Source of the DNA: Callorhinchus milii
Lineage: Eukaryota
Assembly: GCF_018977255.1 (NCBI RefSeq)
Contig: NW_024704742.1
Span: 134,666,001-134,730,000, forward strand
DNA: 64,000 nucleotides
Direction of reading: 5' to 3'
Part shown: positions 13,601 through 24,330 of the stretch, piece after piece
Position numbering within the stretch: position 1 is the first letter of the stretch
Layout of the letters: each line of letters begins with the position of its first letter
Notes under the pieces: generated by a model
The model's database searches: none
Seen by the model: only the letters and a program-made list of their open reading frames with translations
Told to the model about the DNA's origin: nothing
Program-made: the position numbers and the translations under genes

Positions 13601-16600
13601 GGGGACGGGGGAGGTGGCATAAGCACGGTCGAACAGGAAAAGTTTTCAAATAGGACTTGAAAGAGAGGAGATTCTTCATTCAAGAGAAGATTGATTCTGG
13701 GCTTGGGATAAAACACAGCTCAGTCAGAGGTTGGAATAGGAGCAAGATGTGCATGAGACAAATTATCCGGGTTGTTCTTTTTCCTACACTTTTCTTATGT
13801 GTTCATCATATCCTTACCATCTTCCCTTCTGGTACAATCTTCAAGGTACCATAAAGTGCAACGGAGCTCTCTGTGGACAGGACCAGTGCATTGTAACATT
13901 GACACTGCAAGAGGAAAAGCAGAATTGTTTTACGTTCTGATGAATTGCATTTAAAACACACGTACTCTTTACCGTAGTTTGTGGGTAAATACAAACACAA
14001 CAGAAAACGCACCCAACTCTGGTTGTACATATCAAATTAATTAGCGATCCCAAAATGTTTTTATATTATTGCAAGCAATGATTGTATTGCTAAAGTGAAC
14101 AAAAAAAATCACACGATTAAGGCAGTTGTTGAACACCTTGAGTGTTGAACACTTGTATTGGTAATGTGCACCATACTTTATACAATTTAATGAATTTTGC
14201 ATTTAATGAATTGTAATAAAGAAAACATAAGGCTCTTTACCAGCTCATCACTGAGTACACACTGCAGGAATCCTGTGCCATCTCGCAGAATCACAAACAT
14301 CAAGTTCTTTCCTGTAAAGACAAACGTTACAGTCATCACCTTTCCTAATAGCAAACATTTGTCTTACTGTTTAAAGTGTAATACAACAACAATCCTTGGA
14401 TTAATGCAGAACACTCATCTCCATGCTTCAGGGCATCCAAACCACACAAGGTGGATACCATGGGGTGGGATAGCTGGCCTGGGAGAAAATTACTTTCTTT
14501 TTCCAAAGAGATGATAGCAAATCATAACTTGTAACACTATTACCAACATTTTAAATAACTGACTCAACAGTATTTTCGATATTTTAAAAGAGAAAAGAAT
14601 TTATAAAGTATGTACAGCACGGAAACAAACCACTTGGCTCAAACAACCCATTCCGGTATTCATACTCCCAACCAATCTTCCCCCATTCCTTATTCTCTCT
14701 CACACCTTTCGATTCCCCCCTCCCTCATGTCACGGTCTAGCGTCCTCTGAAGGCTTCTACAATAGTTGATTCAACCACCGCTTCAGATGGCAAGTTCCAA
14801 AATCCCACTATCCTCTGCGTTCTTTTTTAGATCCCCTAATCTCTCTTATACTTGTGTCCCCTAGTTACAGATCCCCAACCAGGAGACATAGCCTATTTAT
14901 GTTCAACTCATTAAACCATTTTATAATTGTAAACACCTCTATCAGGTCCTCTCTTAAATATCTCCTCTAGCGAATAAAGGCCTAACCTATCCAGGCTATC
15001 CTGATAGCAGTAACCTGCCAGCCCTTGTAAGATCCTCATAAACATAATACATTAAACATAATGTGGTCAAACCAAGGTTTTATATAAATTCAACATCACC
15101 TCCTTACTTTTATATTCTAGCCCTCTGGATATGAAGCCAGACCCCATTGGCCCTTGTACTAGCCTTATCTACCTGTGGAGCTACATTTAGAGATTTTGGG
15201 ATCTGAATCTCCAGATCTCTTTGCTGCTTTACTCCTCCTAGGTTCCTATCACCTAGACTCACCCACCCCCCCACCACACACCCACATCCCACACCCATTA
15301 CCTACATGTGTAGAAAGAAACAGAAAACAATTACAAGAACTGAGTAATGTTTCCACCCTAGAAATAATCTCAAAGGCAGAAATCGCACCTTGTCTGCGTA
15401 ATCTATGAATCCAGCCAAAGATCTTCACTCGCTCCCCTCGATGAGCTTCAGTGTCTCGTATTTTCACCTGCAGGAAAGAAATTCAAAGTTTATCCGCATC
15501 CAACACATTCCAGATACAGGCACATTTCTGTCCCAAACACAAATCCACAAAGCAGTATAAACAGTGTTACTTTGAGGGAAAAGCCACAAAAGCTTAATAG
15601 AAGTGTAAACGCAGATTTCCAGGGCAGCACACAATTTATTAGCAAGCTCAGAAGAGGGAAAGGGAATAGACAAGTTGAGATCCCATTACTTTTAATGAGA
15701 GCAGTGAATACATGGAATGGATTCTAAGGGAGGCAGTGGAGGCTGACTGCATCAGCAAATTTAATAGATAATTATGTGACACAGAGATTGATTTAAGAGA
15801 CAAGAGATAAGAGCAGTGCACATTTCTTTTAAAGAACTCTTGAGATCACCAGATGAACCTCAGTTTCTATTCCACTCCTTTGTAATCCTATTGCTGTGAG
15901 CAATTATTGTCTTTATACTTACTAACTGAACGTGTATTTTTGTGCCAATGAGCGATTGGTGATGTGTCAGGTCTTTCCCACAAATATCAAGTCCTGCTAA
16001 GGGCTCAGACACCTTCAATGTGCACAGAACCACATCAGTTCATTCACTGATGGATAAGAAAGTAGAAACATGTACCGAACCCATGTCTAAGTCACAGTCC
16101 TGAAAGGATTATCTCAATATTTGAGTTAAAAGTTAATTTTTTTCCCCACAAGGCCCACCAAACTTCAAAGTCATCAGGCTTCAACCAGACTGTACAGGGC
16201 TCTTGTCTGGAAAGGATTGCTCACCAGTTGAAGAGGACTGATGCACTGTTACTTTTCAAATATTACTTACCAACTTTGGCTCTGGAAGACTGGGGTCCAG
16301 TTTAATGACTACCTTTCTGGCCTCTTCCAGATTCTTCTCTCGGCGTAACGCATCTTCAATCTGTTGAGAGTGATATTCGTTTTAAAATAATAAAGGTTGA
16401 ATTTGGCATCCTATAAACCATGTGTTGATAGGAGCACCCACTCGCCTGTACCACAAGATCTTTGGTTCCTGAGGGCACGGCAGCTCTGATGATGCAGTGG
16501 TTAGAGCTGCAACTTACAAACAGGAACTTTCTGCTTCAAACCACAGTTCTTGTTGAGTTTGGTGTTCTCAGATCTTGTTGCATGGGGTAATAATAATAGT

Positions 16601-19600
16601 TCTTGCATTTGATATAGCACCTGATCACGTCATTGAAATATTTCATAGCGTTTCACAGAATATATTGTAAAGTGGAGTGACTGTGCATTTTGTGGGCAAA
16701 ACGTGGCAGCCAATTGACTAAATTAGTTAAATTAAATTGGGGTGGCTAAATTAGGCTCTACCTCCCTAACTCACAGGGATAAGAAGGTTAAAATAGGCCA
16801 GGTTACCCATCCTAGTCTCTCTTTGGAACCCACCACTGTAGTGTACGTATGGCAGCCGTGTGGGGAGAGTCAGGCTTAGATGTGACACCCTCTACAATCG
16901 AGGCAGGATTGACAGTTTCACCCCAATCGCAACCTCTGTGGGTTCAGAGAATGCAATTAGTATTGAATTACATACAGCAATGTGCCTGGACTGTGCCCTC
17001 TAGGAATTAGTCTGCCCAAAATAATTTTGCTTACAATACATAAATCAGGGGTCGGTTTCAATATTTATTGTCCCCACACCTTATTCAAAGGTTGATTGTC
17101 AGCCTGTGCTGACTGAGGCAGGAATTTTGAGTGCTACACGCCTCTATCCTTAAACTACTTCCCTCTCTCTACCCCTTTGTCACTCCCACTTCCCATCAGT
17201 TTTTAAGTCCAGCCTTAAAACCTACTCCTTCTCCACAAGGCCCACGATCACACAGAAGCCTTCTAACACACGTTAGGAACTGACACTGAAATGCTCTTGG
17301 AACTAGACAGCAGGAATAGAGAAAAAAACCTTCATATTCTGATCATTAGTAAAGGAAACAGAGTATGTCAGAGCGGACTACTAATATGTCAAAAGTGTAT
17401 GAATGACTACTCGCACACTTTTCTGTTAACACTCACCTCTTTTTGGGCTGCTGTTTCATTCTTCACCTGTCCTCGTTGACAGAGCTTCTTGAGATTTTTC
17501 AGCTGTGTGTTAGATATAACATCCCAGCGCTGAAAGATAGATTATTGCACTATTAAATGTGGCCTTGCAATATGTGAACTTACTGTGAATGTGATCGTCT
17601 CACTGGAAGTAGAAGGGTTAACTTCACTCTATTATGGCAGTAACAAGGTGATTATCTTAACCCCCTATTTCTTCCTTGCTCTCTCAATTCCCTCCCATAC
17701 TTGCAATGAGCCAAGTTTGTACGTCTGTACTGATGAAGCATTCTCACCAGGACATTGATAGAAGCAGCGACACGTGCTTCATTGCAAAAGTCAATGTATT
17801 TGTTAACTATTGGCAGGTTTACCTAAAATGCAACCTTGCTACATCGACTGACATCAATCCCCTTCCATAACTCCAGATTCCCAACTAATGTGTGTTTGTA
17901 CAGTTTGATCTATCGCAGCGTTGTCCAATGCGTTAGTCACACGTAGCGATTGGGAATCCAGAGGTGGTGAAATTGTATTTTGATCAGTAAATAAAAAATG
18001 AGTAACAGCCATCGTCATTGGACATGTGATCGCAAAACTCGTATTCACACGACATATGTATGTGTACTTTGATGTTTTGGTATGCTTGTTGGTAAAATGG
18101 TAAGCAACATGTGAATGTTTTATGATTGTTGTGTATGCTTTACTTCCTCGGTTATTGCTTGTTGGTTATCGGCTAAAACAGTATGTAACACGATTGAAAA
18201 CGCCGGATCTAGTGCGGCTCACAAAAGAAAATAGATGTTTAAGTAAAAATACATGTAAACATACATGCAGTGCATTTTTTCCTTTATGTTTCATTGTGTA
18301 AGTAAGGCATTTTCTACTAACATTAGTGCATGTGGCTAAAACAGAGTTGTCCTTGGCACACCCGTGGCATTAGTTCTTTGCATGTTCATACGCATGGTTT
18401 GGAAAAGCTAAAGCAAAAGGAAACACACTGTACCTCGCCTTCCTTTTGGGAATCCACGTAAATAGTAGGGAATGGCTCCTTCCCAAATGCAGTCAGTGCC
18501 TAAAAGACAGAAACGAAATGAATGCAAGGGTCACGAGAACATTTAAAATGAAACAGAAGCTCTTCCTCTTTGAAAACACAAAGCAGAATTAATTTTTGTT
18601 TTTTTACCTGAAGAGCTGTCTTGAACGGTTTCTCTTTCGTTCCTGTGCCTGCTGAATCATCCCCTTCACGATCAGACACGTACAGTTCATCTACAAAATA
18701 TTAATTCTCAATCTTTTAGTTGTCGAGAGGAAAAGCAGCAGCAGTTATTGTGTCCATCAAAAGACCTTTTTGGGGGAACAATATTAACAACAACAACAAC
18801 AACAAGATTCCATTTATAAAGCGCCTTTCACGTCAGGAGGACGTCCCAAGGCGCTGCACAGTTGGGTCAGGACCCGAGCAGGGGGGAAATGCTCAGGGTG
18901 AGGGGAGGGAAGGGAGGGAGCGAGGAGGGGGAAATGGTCAGGGTGAGGGGAGGGAAGGGAGGGAGCAAGGAGGGGGGGAAATGGTCAGGGTGAGGGGAGG
19001 GAAGGGAGGGAGCGAGGAGGGGGAAGAGAGTCGAGAGGGGAGCTGAAGGCTCGGTCAAAGAGAAAGGTTTTGAGACCGGCCTTGAAGGAGGAAAGGGAGG
19101 AAGCGGCGAAGGCACTGGGGGAATGGAGTTCCAGAGCCTGGGGGCTGAGAGGCTGAAGGTCCGACCACCGATGGTAGGGCGATTGGGGCGGGGGACGTGG
19201 AGCAGACCGGAGCCGGAGGAACGGAGGGTACGGGCAGGTAAGTAGGGGGATAGTAGGTCAGAGAGGTAGGAGGGAGCAAGGCCGTGATGGCCTTATAGGT
19301 GAGGATGAGGATCTTGAAATCAATCCTCTGGGGGATGGGGAGCCAGTGGAGGCGAGTGAGGGTGGGAGTGATGTGGTTGCGGTGCCTGGTGTGGGACAGT
19401 ACACGAGCTGCAGAGTTCTGAGTGACCTGCAGCTTGTAGAGGGAGTGGCGGGAAGGCCGGCGAGGAGAGAGTTCCCATAGTCCAGCCTTGAGGTGACAAA
19501 CGCGTGGACCAGGGTTTTAGCAGCGTGAGGGGTGCTTACCAGTGCTTCTTTACTCTGCCCCCCAGCTCTGTAAATTACCTACAAAGCAACCAACCTCAGT

Positions 19601-21196
19601 GGACGATATCTTCCCCTATAAATAACACTTCAACTGCCCTCTCCCTCCCATAAAACAGCTACTGAATTTCTTTCTCTGTATCACTGATGTCTAACTCCCA
19701 TCCCTGATATTCAAGAGAACAGTCTGCTCCTTTCAATCACTGGGAAAGTGAAAGAGGGAATGCCAAATCCCTAATAACAAAAGGGGAGAGTGATACCACC
19801 AATAACCAGGGGGCTGAAATGCGAGACGAAATGTAAATCCCCAAACCTATTCACCCAGGGGTATAAGTATTGCCCTGGCCCCGATAAGCAAGCGGGTAAA
19901 GGGTAACACCCAATAGCTAAGGGGCTAAACTGGGGCAGGGGAAGATGTAAAACAACAAAAAATTATATGTATACCAACACCTTTCATATCGGAAAGGGTT
20001 TGCAATCAAGAGGGGTGGAGGGTGGGGTTAAAATCCCTGGCAACAAAAACGATGATGGGAAAATGGAGACTGTAAACAACAACTTGCATTTATATAGTGC
20101 CCTTCACGTGAATTAGCATCCTGAAAAGCTTAACAGTGGCAGAGCCTCACATCAAGCCAAGCTAAAGGAGGAGGTGGCCGGAAGCACAATCGAAAAAAGG
20201 TCATCAGTTGTGATCTAAAAGAGCGAAAGAAGAGAGCAAGGCGGAGGGATTGAGGGTTACGCGTTGGGTACGCTTTGTTACTCCACAAGCCAGTTTACCT
20301 CGCAGTAAGTAGGAACCCAATTGCTAGTCGATCGCAAGTCTCTTATCTCTTTCTGCCCCACCTATCTCTCTCTCCCCCTCTGATCTCTCTCTTTCTCCCT
20401 CCAAAAAGGAAAAAAATAATTTGGTCACTTAATCCACAACTGTTTGTGGGACACTGCTGTGCACAATTGGTTGCCATGTTTCGCCCCAAAAATGCAGTCA
20501 ATGCACTTCACAGTATATTCTGTGAAGCGCTTTGCGATGTGTCAAAGACGTGATAAGCACCTTATCACGTCATTGAGACATCTCAAAGCGCTTCACAGGA
20601 TATACTGTAAAGTGAATCGACTGTATATTTTTATTATTATTATTTGTGGGCGAAACGCGGCAGCCAATTGGGCACAGCAGAGTCCCACAAACAGTCGTGG
20701 ATAGAAGTGACCAATTTATTTTTATTTTTTTGAAGGAATCATTAGACCACAGAAAAACAATCTATCAATCGACTGACAACCGGGTTCCTGTTTACTGCTG
20801 GGTAAACAGAGGCGTGTGGAGTAAGGAAACTTGCCTAACATTTCAATCTGCCGGGAATCGAACCCTCTGACTTGCGAGGCGAGTTCTCTAACCACTGAGC
20901 TACAAGACTCACAGATAGAGAGGCAGTGTGAGAACCTAATAATATTATCACTAATATTAATAATTACTTCTATGAATAATTATCTTAACAATATAAAAGT
21001 GTTACTATGAATAATTACTAGTAACGATAACCTTAATAACACTTTTAACAGTAGTACTGCGAATAGTTATTACTATTAATAATTATCTTAACGACAATAT
21101 TAACAGTATTACTAGCAATAATAATAATAAGAATAGACCTGATCACTTACCCAGTGACAGCTGAGCCGTCTGTTTGCTCACGTCCCTGCCAGGCAT
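7665..21196 (-). CDS. NARS1: Cytosolic asparaginyl-tRNA synthetase, copy A (inverted duplicate), 15 coding exons, 560 aa, intact ORF
   Basis: Minus-strand exons 21196-21151 ([15 protein letters not shown]), 18690-18608, 18499-18434, 17529-17437, 16360-16271, 15467-15389, 14311-14241, 13904-13818, 13274-13053, 12698-12499, 10585-10450, 10271-10158, 8956-8825, 8064-7933, 7796-7665 (…[10 protein letters not shown]). All introns are GT-AG, and the exons sum to 1683 nt with no stops or frameshifts. Class IIb motifs are present ([34 protein letters not shown]), as is the ELYVSD N-terminal extension of cytosolic NARS1. Confidence 0.95.
10705..11080 (-). mobile_element. tRNA-derived SINE, long form (NARS1 copy A intron 10)
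   Basis: Reverse-complement head, linker, core and tail. Confidence 0.75.
11410..11608 (-). mobile_element. Young SINE, head and partial core (3'-truncated)
   Basis: Near-identical to the short-form SINE head. Confidence 0.75.
14610..15260 (-). mobile_element. CR1-like LINE fragment in NARS1 copy A intron 6
   Basis: ORF remnant [27 protein letters not shown] resembles the CR1 ORF2 C-terminus; absent from the 82-bp copy B intron. Confidence 0.65.
18787..19535 (-). mobile_element. 5'-truncated L2 LINE, specific to NARS1 copy A intron 1; contains a ~45-bp purine-rich tandem triplication (18880-19030)
   Basis: Same L2 family as 37512-38326; (CAA)n tail on the plus strand. The homologous copy B site at ~26875 is empty. 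Confidence 0.88.
20557..20910 (-). mobile_element. tRNA-derived SINE, long form (copy A intron 1), abutting a plus-strand SINE remnant at ~20270-20555
   Basis: Head …gagctacaagactc, linker and core, recognised in both orientations. Confidence 0.72.
20935..21135. repeat. AT-rich low-complexity repeat at the start of copy A intron 1
   Basis: Degenerate aataattac/tattaat units. Confidence 0.7.
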
Positions 21197-21516
21197 GACT
21201 CTGGGCTGTTTGTGCTGCTGACAGGCGGACGGTGGTGGAGGAGGAGAGGAACACAGAACACACTGAGGCTCGAGAGGAAATATAATCTGTGCATAAATGT
21301 GGTTCAAACCCAATATATAAACCCAATGAGAGAGACACGGGCCCTCCTACAATCACAACCCCTCCCACACCGGCTCCACCCGCCAAACACCCCCTCATCT
21401 CCCCCCACCCCACAGCAGGTCAGGCAGCATCTATGGAGAGAGCAAAGCGAGTTGACATTTCGGGTCAATGACAATTTGTCGGAACAATTCGCCGCCCACT
21501 GCTCCCACTTTCACTT

Positions 21517-21525
21517 GTTGCATCA
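21517..21525 (-). promoter_or_regulatory. AARE/CARE (ATF4-C/EBP composite) element TGATGCAAC upstream of NARS1 copy A
   Basis: Minus strand reads ggcTGATGCAAC, sharing 11 identical bases (ggctgatgcaa) with the copy B element; ~320 bp upstream of the copy A ATG. Confidence 0.6.
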
Positions 21526-22884
21526 GCCTCCCCCAAAAAATCAGAGAGCATTCTGGAGACCCGCGAATGGAAAAGGGACTTTCCGTTTACAGCACAGCTT
21601 GCAGATTGAGGAAGGAAAAGGGAAGGAAGAAAACAATACGTGGAAATCTAATGCTGTGATTATCAGGGCCAGATTAAGGGATGTGGAGGGGGGGGGTCTA
21701 AAACAGATCACAATTGCGTACTCTTTGAACTGCACGGGCAAAATATGCAACAATACCGTTCTAAAATACTTCCTTCCATTGCTTGTAAACATACACAATA
21801 TAAAATTACGTTTGTATAGCGTCTTACACGTTTGGAGGGCATCCCAAGGCGCAGGTCAGGGATTTGGACCCGAACGGGGGGTGGGTGGGTGGGGGTTGGA
21901 TTAGGGAGCGCGGAGAGCAGGACGGTGGCCAAAGGCGTGGTCGAAGAGCTCATCCCGCTCCTCGTGCGGAGGAGGGGGGGGGGGGGGGCGGTTGGTGTTT
22001 GTGGGCGCGGAGCTGGCGAGGGGAGGCTCGGGTTGTGGTTGTGGGAGGGGCCGTGTCTCTCTCATTGGGTTTAAATTTTAGGTTTGAGCAACATTTATAG
22101 AGATATACCTACATACTAACTTTGTGTGACTGATGTACAAGAACATCCAAATCCCTCTGAACACCAACACTACCTAGTCTTTCCCCCTCTAGAAAATAAT
22201 CTGTTTTCTATGTTTACAACCTAGGTGAAAACTTCACACTTCCTACAATATACTCCATATGCCACCTTCTTGCCCACTCTCCTAGTCTGTCTACTTCCCT
22301 TTGCATTCTTCGTGTGTCATCCTCATCGCTTACTCTCCCACCTATCTTCGTACCGTGGCTTGTCTAATCGTTGCTCATTCTTCTATTATTGGGGGTCATC
22401 TTACATCCTATCTGCTGTCTCTAGGGCCTGGGTAGCCCCCTTATAAGGCAGTGACCAAAATTATATGCAGTCCTTCAGTTGAGGCCTAATGTATATAGCT
22501 TGAGTAAGACGTCTGGTGATCCCAACTCTACTGATTTAGCAATATAGCTAGAATTCTGTTGTTTATTGCTGCTTCAAGCTCATCCTAAACACCTCTCTCT
22601 GTCAGATCCAACCAAGGACCTGTCTACATCTTCTTCAGGATGTCACTTTTTGGAAAGAGAAGGGAGTTTCTCCCTGTATCCTGGCCAACAATCTATCGCA
22701 TTAGTAAGCAGTCTTTCACCTCATAGCTGTTGTCTGACCTTGCTAAGGGTAAATGGCTGCTGCATTTGTCTATTAACAATTCCTTTGCTTCACAGTAATT
22801 TTTGTGAAACGCTTTTGAGATGCTTTAATGCAACATTATAAAATACGGGTTCTTCTTCTTCTTCTTCTTCTTCTTCTGCCTTCC

Positions 22885-23380
22885 CCCACCTCCGCAACAT
22901 CTCCCGGCTCTGCCACTGTCTCACACCCTCAGGCCGCTGAGACTCTCATTCGAGCATTCATAACATCCAGGCTTATGCAAACTCCTTGCTTGTCGGCCAC
23001 CCCAACTTCTCCCTCCACAGGCTGCAGATCACCCAGAACTCTGCAGCCCGTGTCCTCTCCCGCGCCAGGCTCCGCGACCCTATCGCCCCCGTCCTCACTC
23101 GACTCCACTGGCTTCCCATCACACAGAGGATACAGTTCCAAGATCCTGGTCCTCACCTTCCAAGCCCTCCATTGCCTCGCACCCCCTTATCTCTGAGACC
23201 TCCTAAGCCCCTACTATCCTGGTCGCTCCCTCTGCTCAGCGCCTCAACATTGGCGGGCGGGACTTCTGCCACTCCGCCCAAACCCTCTGGAACTCCATCC
23301 CGCAGTCCCTCCGCCCTCGCCCCGGCCTCCTTCAAGACCCGTCTTGACGACCCTCTTCTTCGACCGTGCTTTCGATCTCC
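22885..23380 (+). mobile_element. L2 LINE fragment in the inter-NARS1 spacer
   Basis: [53 protein letters not shown]. Confidence 0.85.
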
Positions 23381-23399
23381 CCTCCTCCTCCTCCCCACC

Positions 23400-23795
23400 C
23401 CTGCCCCCAAGCCTGAGCCCCCGAACCCCAGCCCGAACCCCCCAGCCCCAACCGCCCACTCCCAGTCAGAGCACCCGAGCCCCCCAGCCCCAACCGCCCA
23501 GACCCCCAGCCTGAGCCCCGAGCCCCCCCAGCCCCCAGCCAGAGCCCCCAGCCTGAGCGCCCCAGCCCGAGCCCCCCCAGCCCAGAGCCCCCCAGCCTGA
23601 GCGCCCGAGCGCCCCAGACCCCCAGCCCGAGTCCCCAGCCCCCAGCCCGAGACCCCAGCCTGAGACCCCCAGCCCGAGACCCCAGCCTGAGACCCCCAGC
23701 CTGAGACCCCCTGCCCCCCGCCCCAGCCCGAGCGTCCCAGCCCCCAGCCCCCCCGGCCCCAGCCCCCCCAGCCCCCCCAGCCCCCCGGCCCCAGC
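23400..23795. repeat. GC-rich minisatellite of CCCCAGCC(C/T)GAG-like units
   Basis: Degenerate tandem units visible directly, upstream of the copy B CpG island. Confidence 0.85.
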
Positions 23796-23799
23796 TCGG

Positions 23800-24330
23800 G
23801 TCCACGGCGCTGACTGTCCGGCGTGAAAGGCCCTTTACGAAATATAACCAAACATGAGGGACAATCATGACTGCAGTCTCCCCCTCCCCTCCCCTCCGCG
23901 CCCCCCACCCCGCGGGGCCACGTGTCCGGGCCGCCCTCCTCGTGGCTGATGCAATCAGCGGGGCGGCTCTTGCTGAGCCAACGCAACTTGATCATCGGGT
24001 GCGCCGGGACTGCGCAGGCGCTCGGGGGGCGCGAGAGGGGCGGGGCCAGGTGCCCGTCACTCCACCCCACCCCTCGTCCAATAGGCGGCGAGGACGTGGC
24101 GGTTTCCACCGCCGCCCCGCCCCCCTCCGGGCCAGCAGGTTAGGTTGCGGGCAGAGCCGGCGAGGCTGAGATTGTGGGCGGGGCCGTCTCTCCCTCTCCC
24201 TCTCTCTCCAGTGCTTTACCTTTCACCCCCTCCTCCCTCTCCCCTCTCACTCTATCGCAGCTCAAACAGCCCAGAGGAGTCATGTCGGCCGGGGACGCGA
24301 GCGAGCAGACGGCGCAGCTGTCACTGGGTA
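23800..24330 (+). promoter_or_regulatory. CpG-island promoter of NARS1 copy B: E-box CACGTG (23919-23924), AARE/CARE TGATGCAAT (23947-23955), GC boxes, CCAAT (24078-24082)
   Basis: Very GC/CpG-rich segment directly upstream of and including exon 1; motifs read directly from the sequence. Confidence 0.75.

Larger units (their letters stand above)
7340..21530 (-). repeat. Left arm of the NARS1 inverted segmental duplication
   Basis: Reverse complement aligns by eye to ~23940-41230 across exons, most introns, the 3'UTR and the promoter element. Confidence 0.9.

Noticed and set aside
7665..21196. NARS1 copy A as a pseudogene or as mitochondrial NARS2
   Set aside because: All 15 exons are in frame with GT-AG sites and no stops. 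It is ~97% identical to copy B and has the cytosolic N-terminal extension, so it is neither a disabled copy nor NARS2. Expression remains unproven.
22986..24109. Gly/Pro-rich ORFs of 204-318 aa in the spacer
   Set aside because: Produced by an L2 fragment plus a GC-rich tandem repeat.
24121..24260. Possible 5'UTR intron in copy B (donor after 24138, acceptor at 24260)
   Set aside because: Splice-like signals exist, but the interval contains a GC box and a pyrimidine tract that could equally be core promoter or TSS; this cannot be decided without transcripts.
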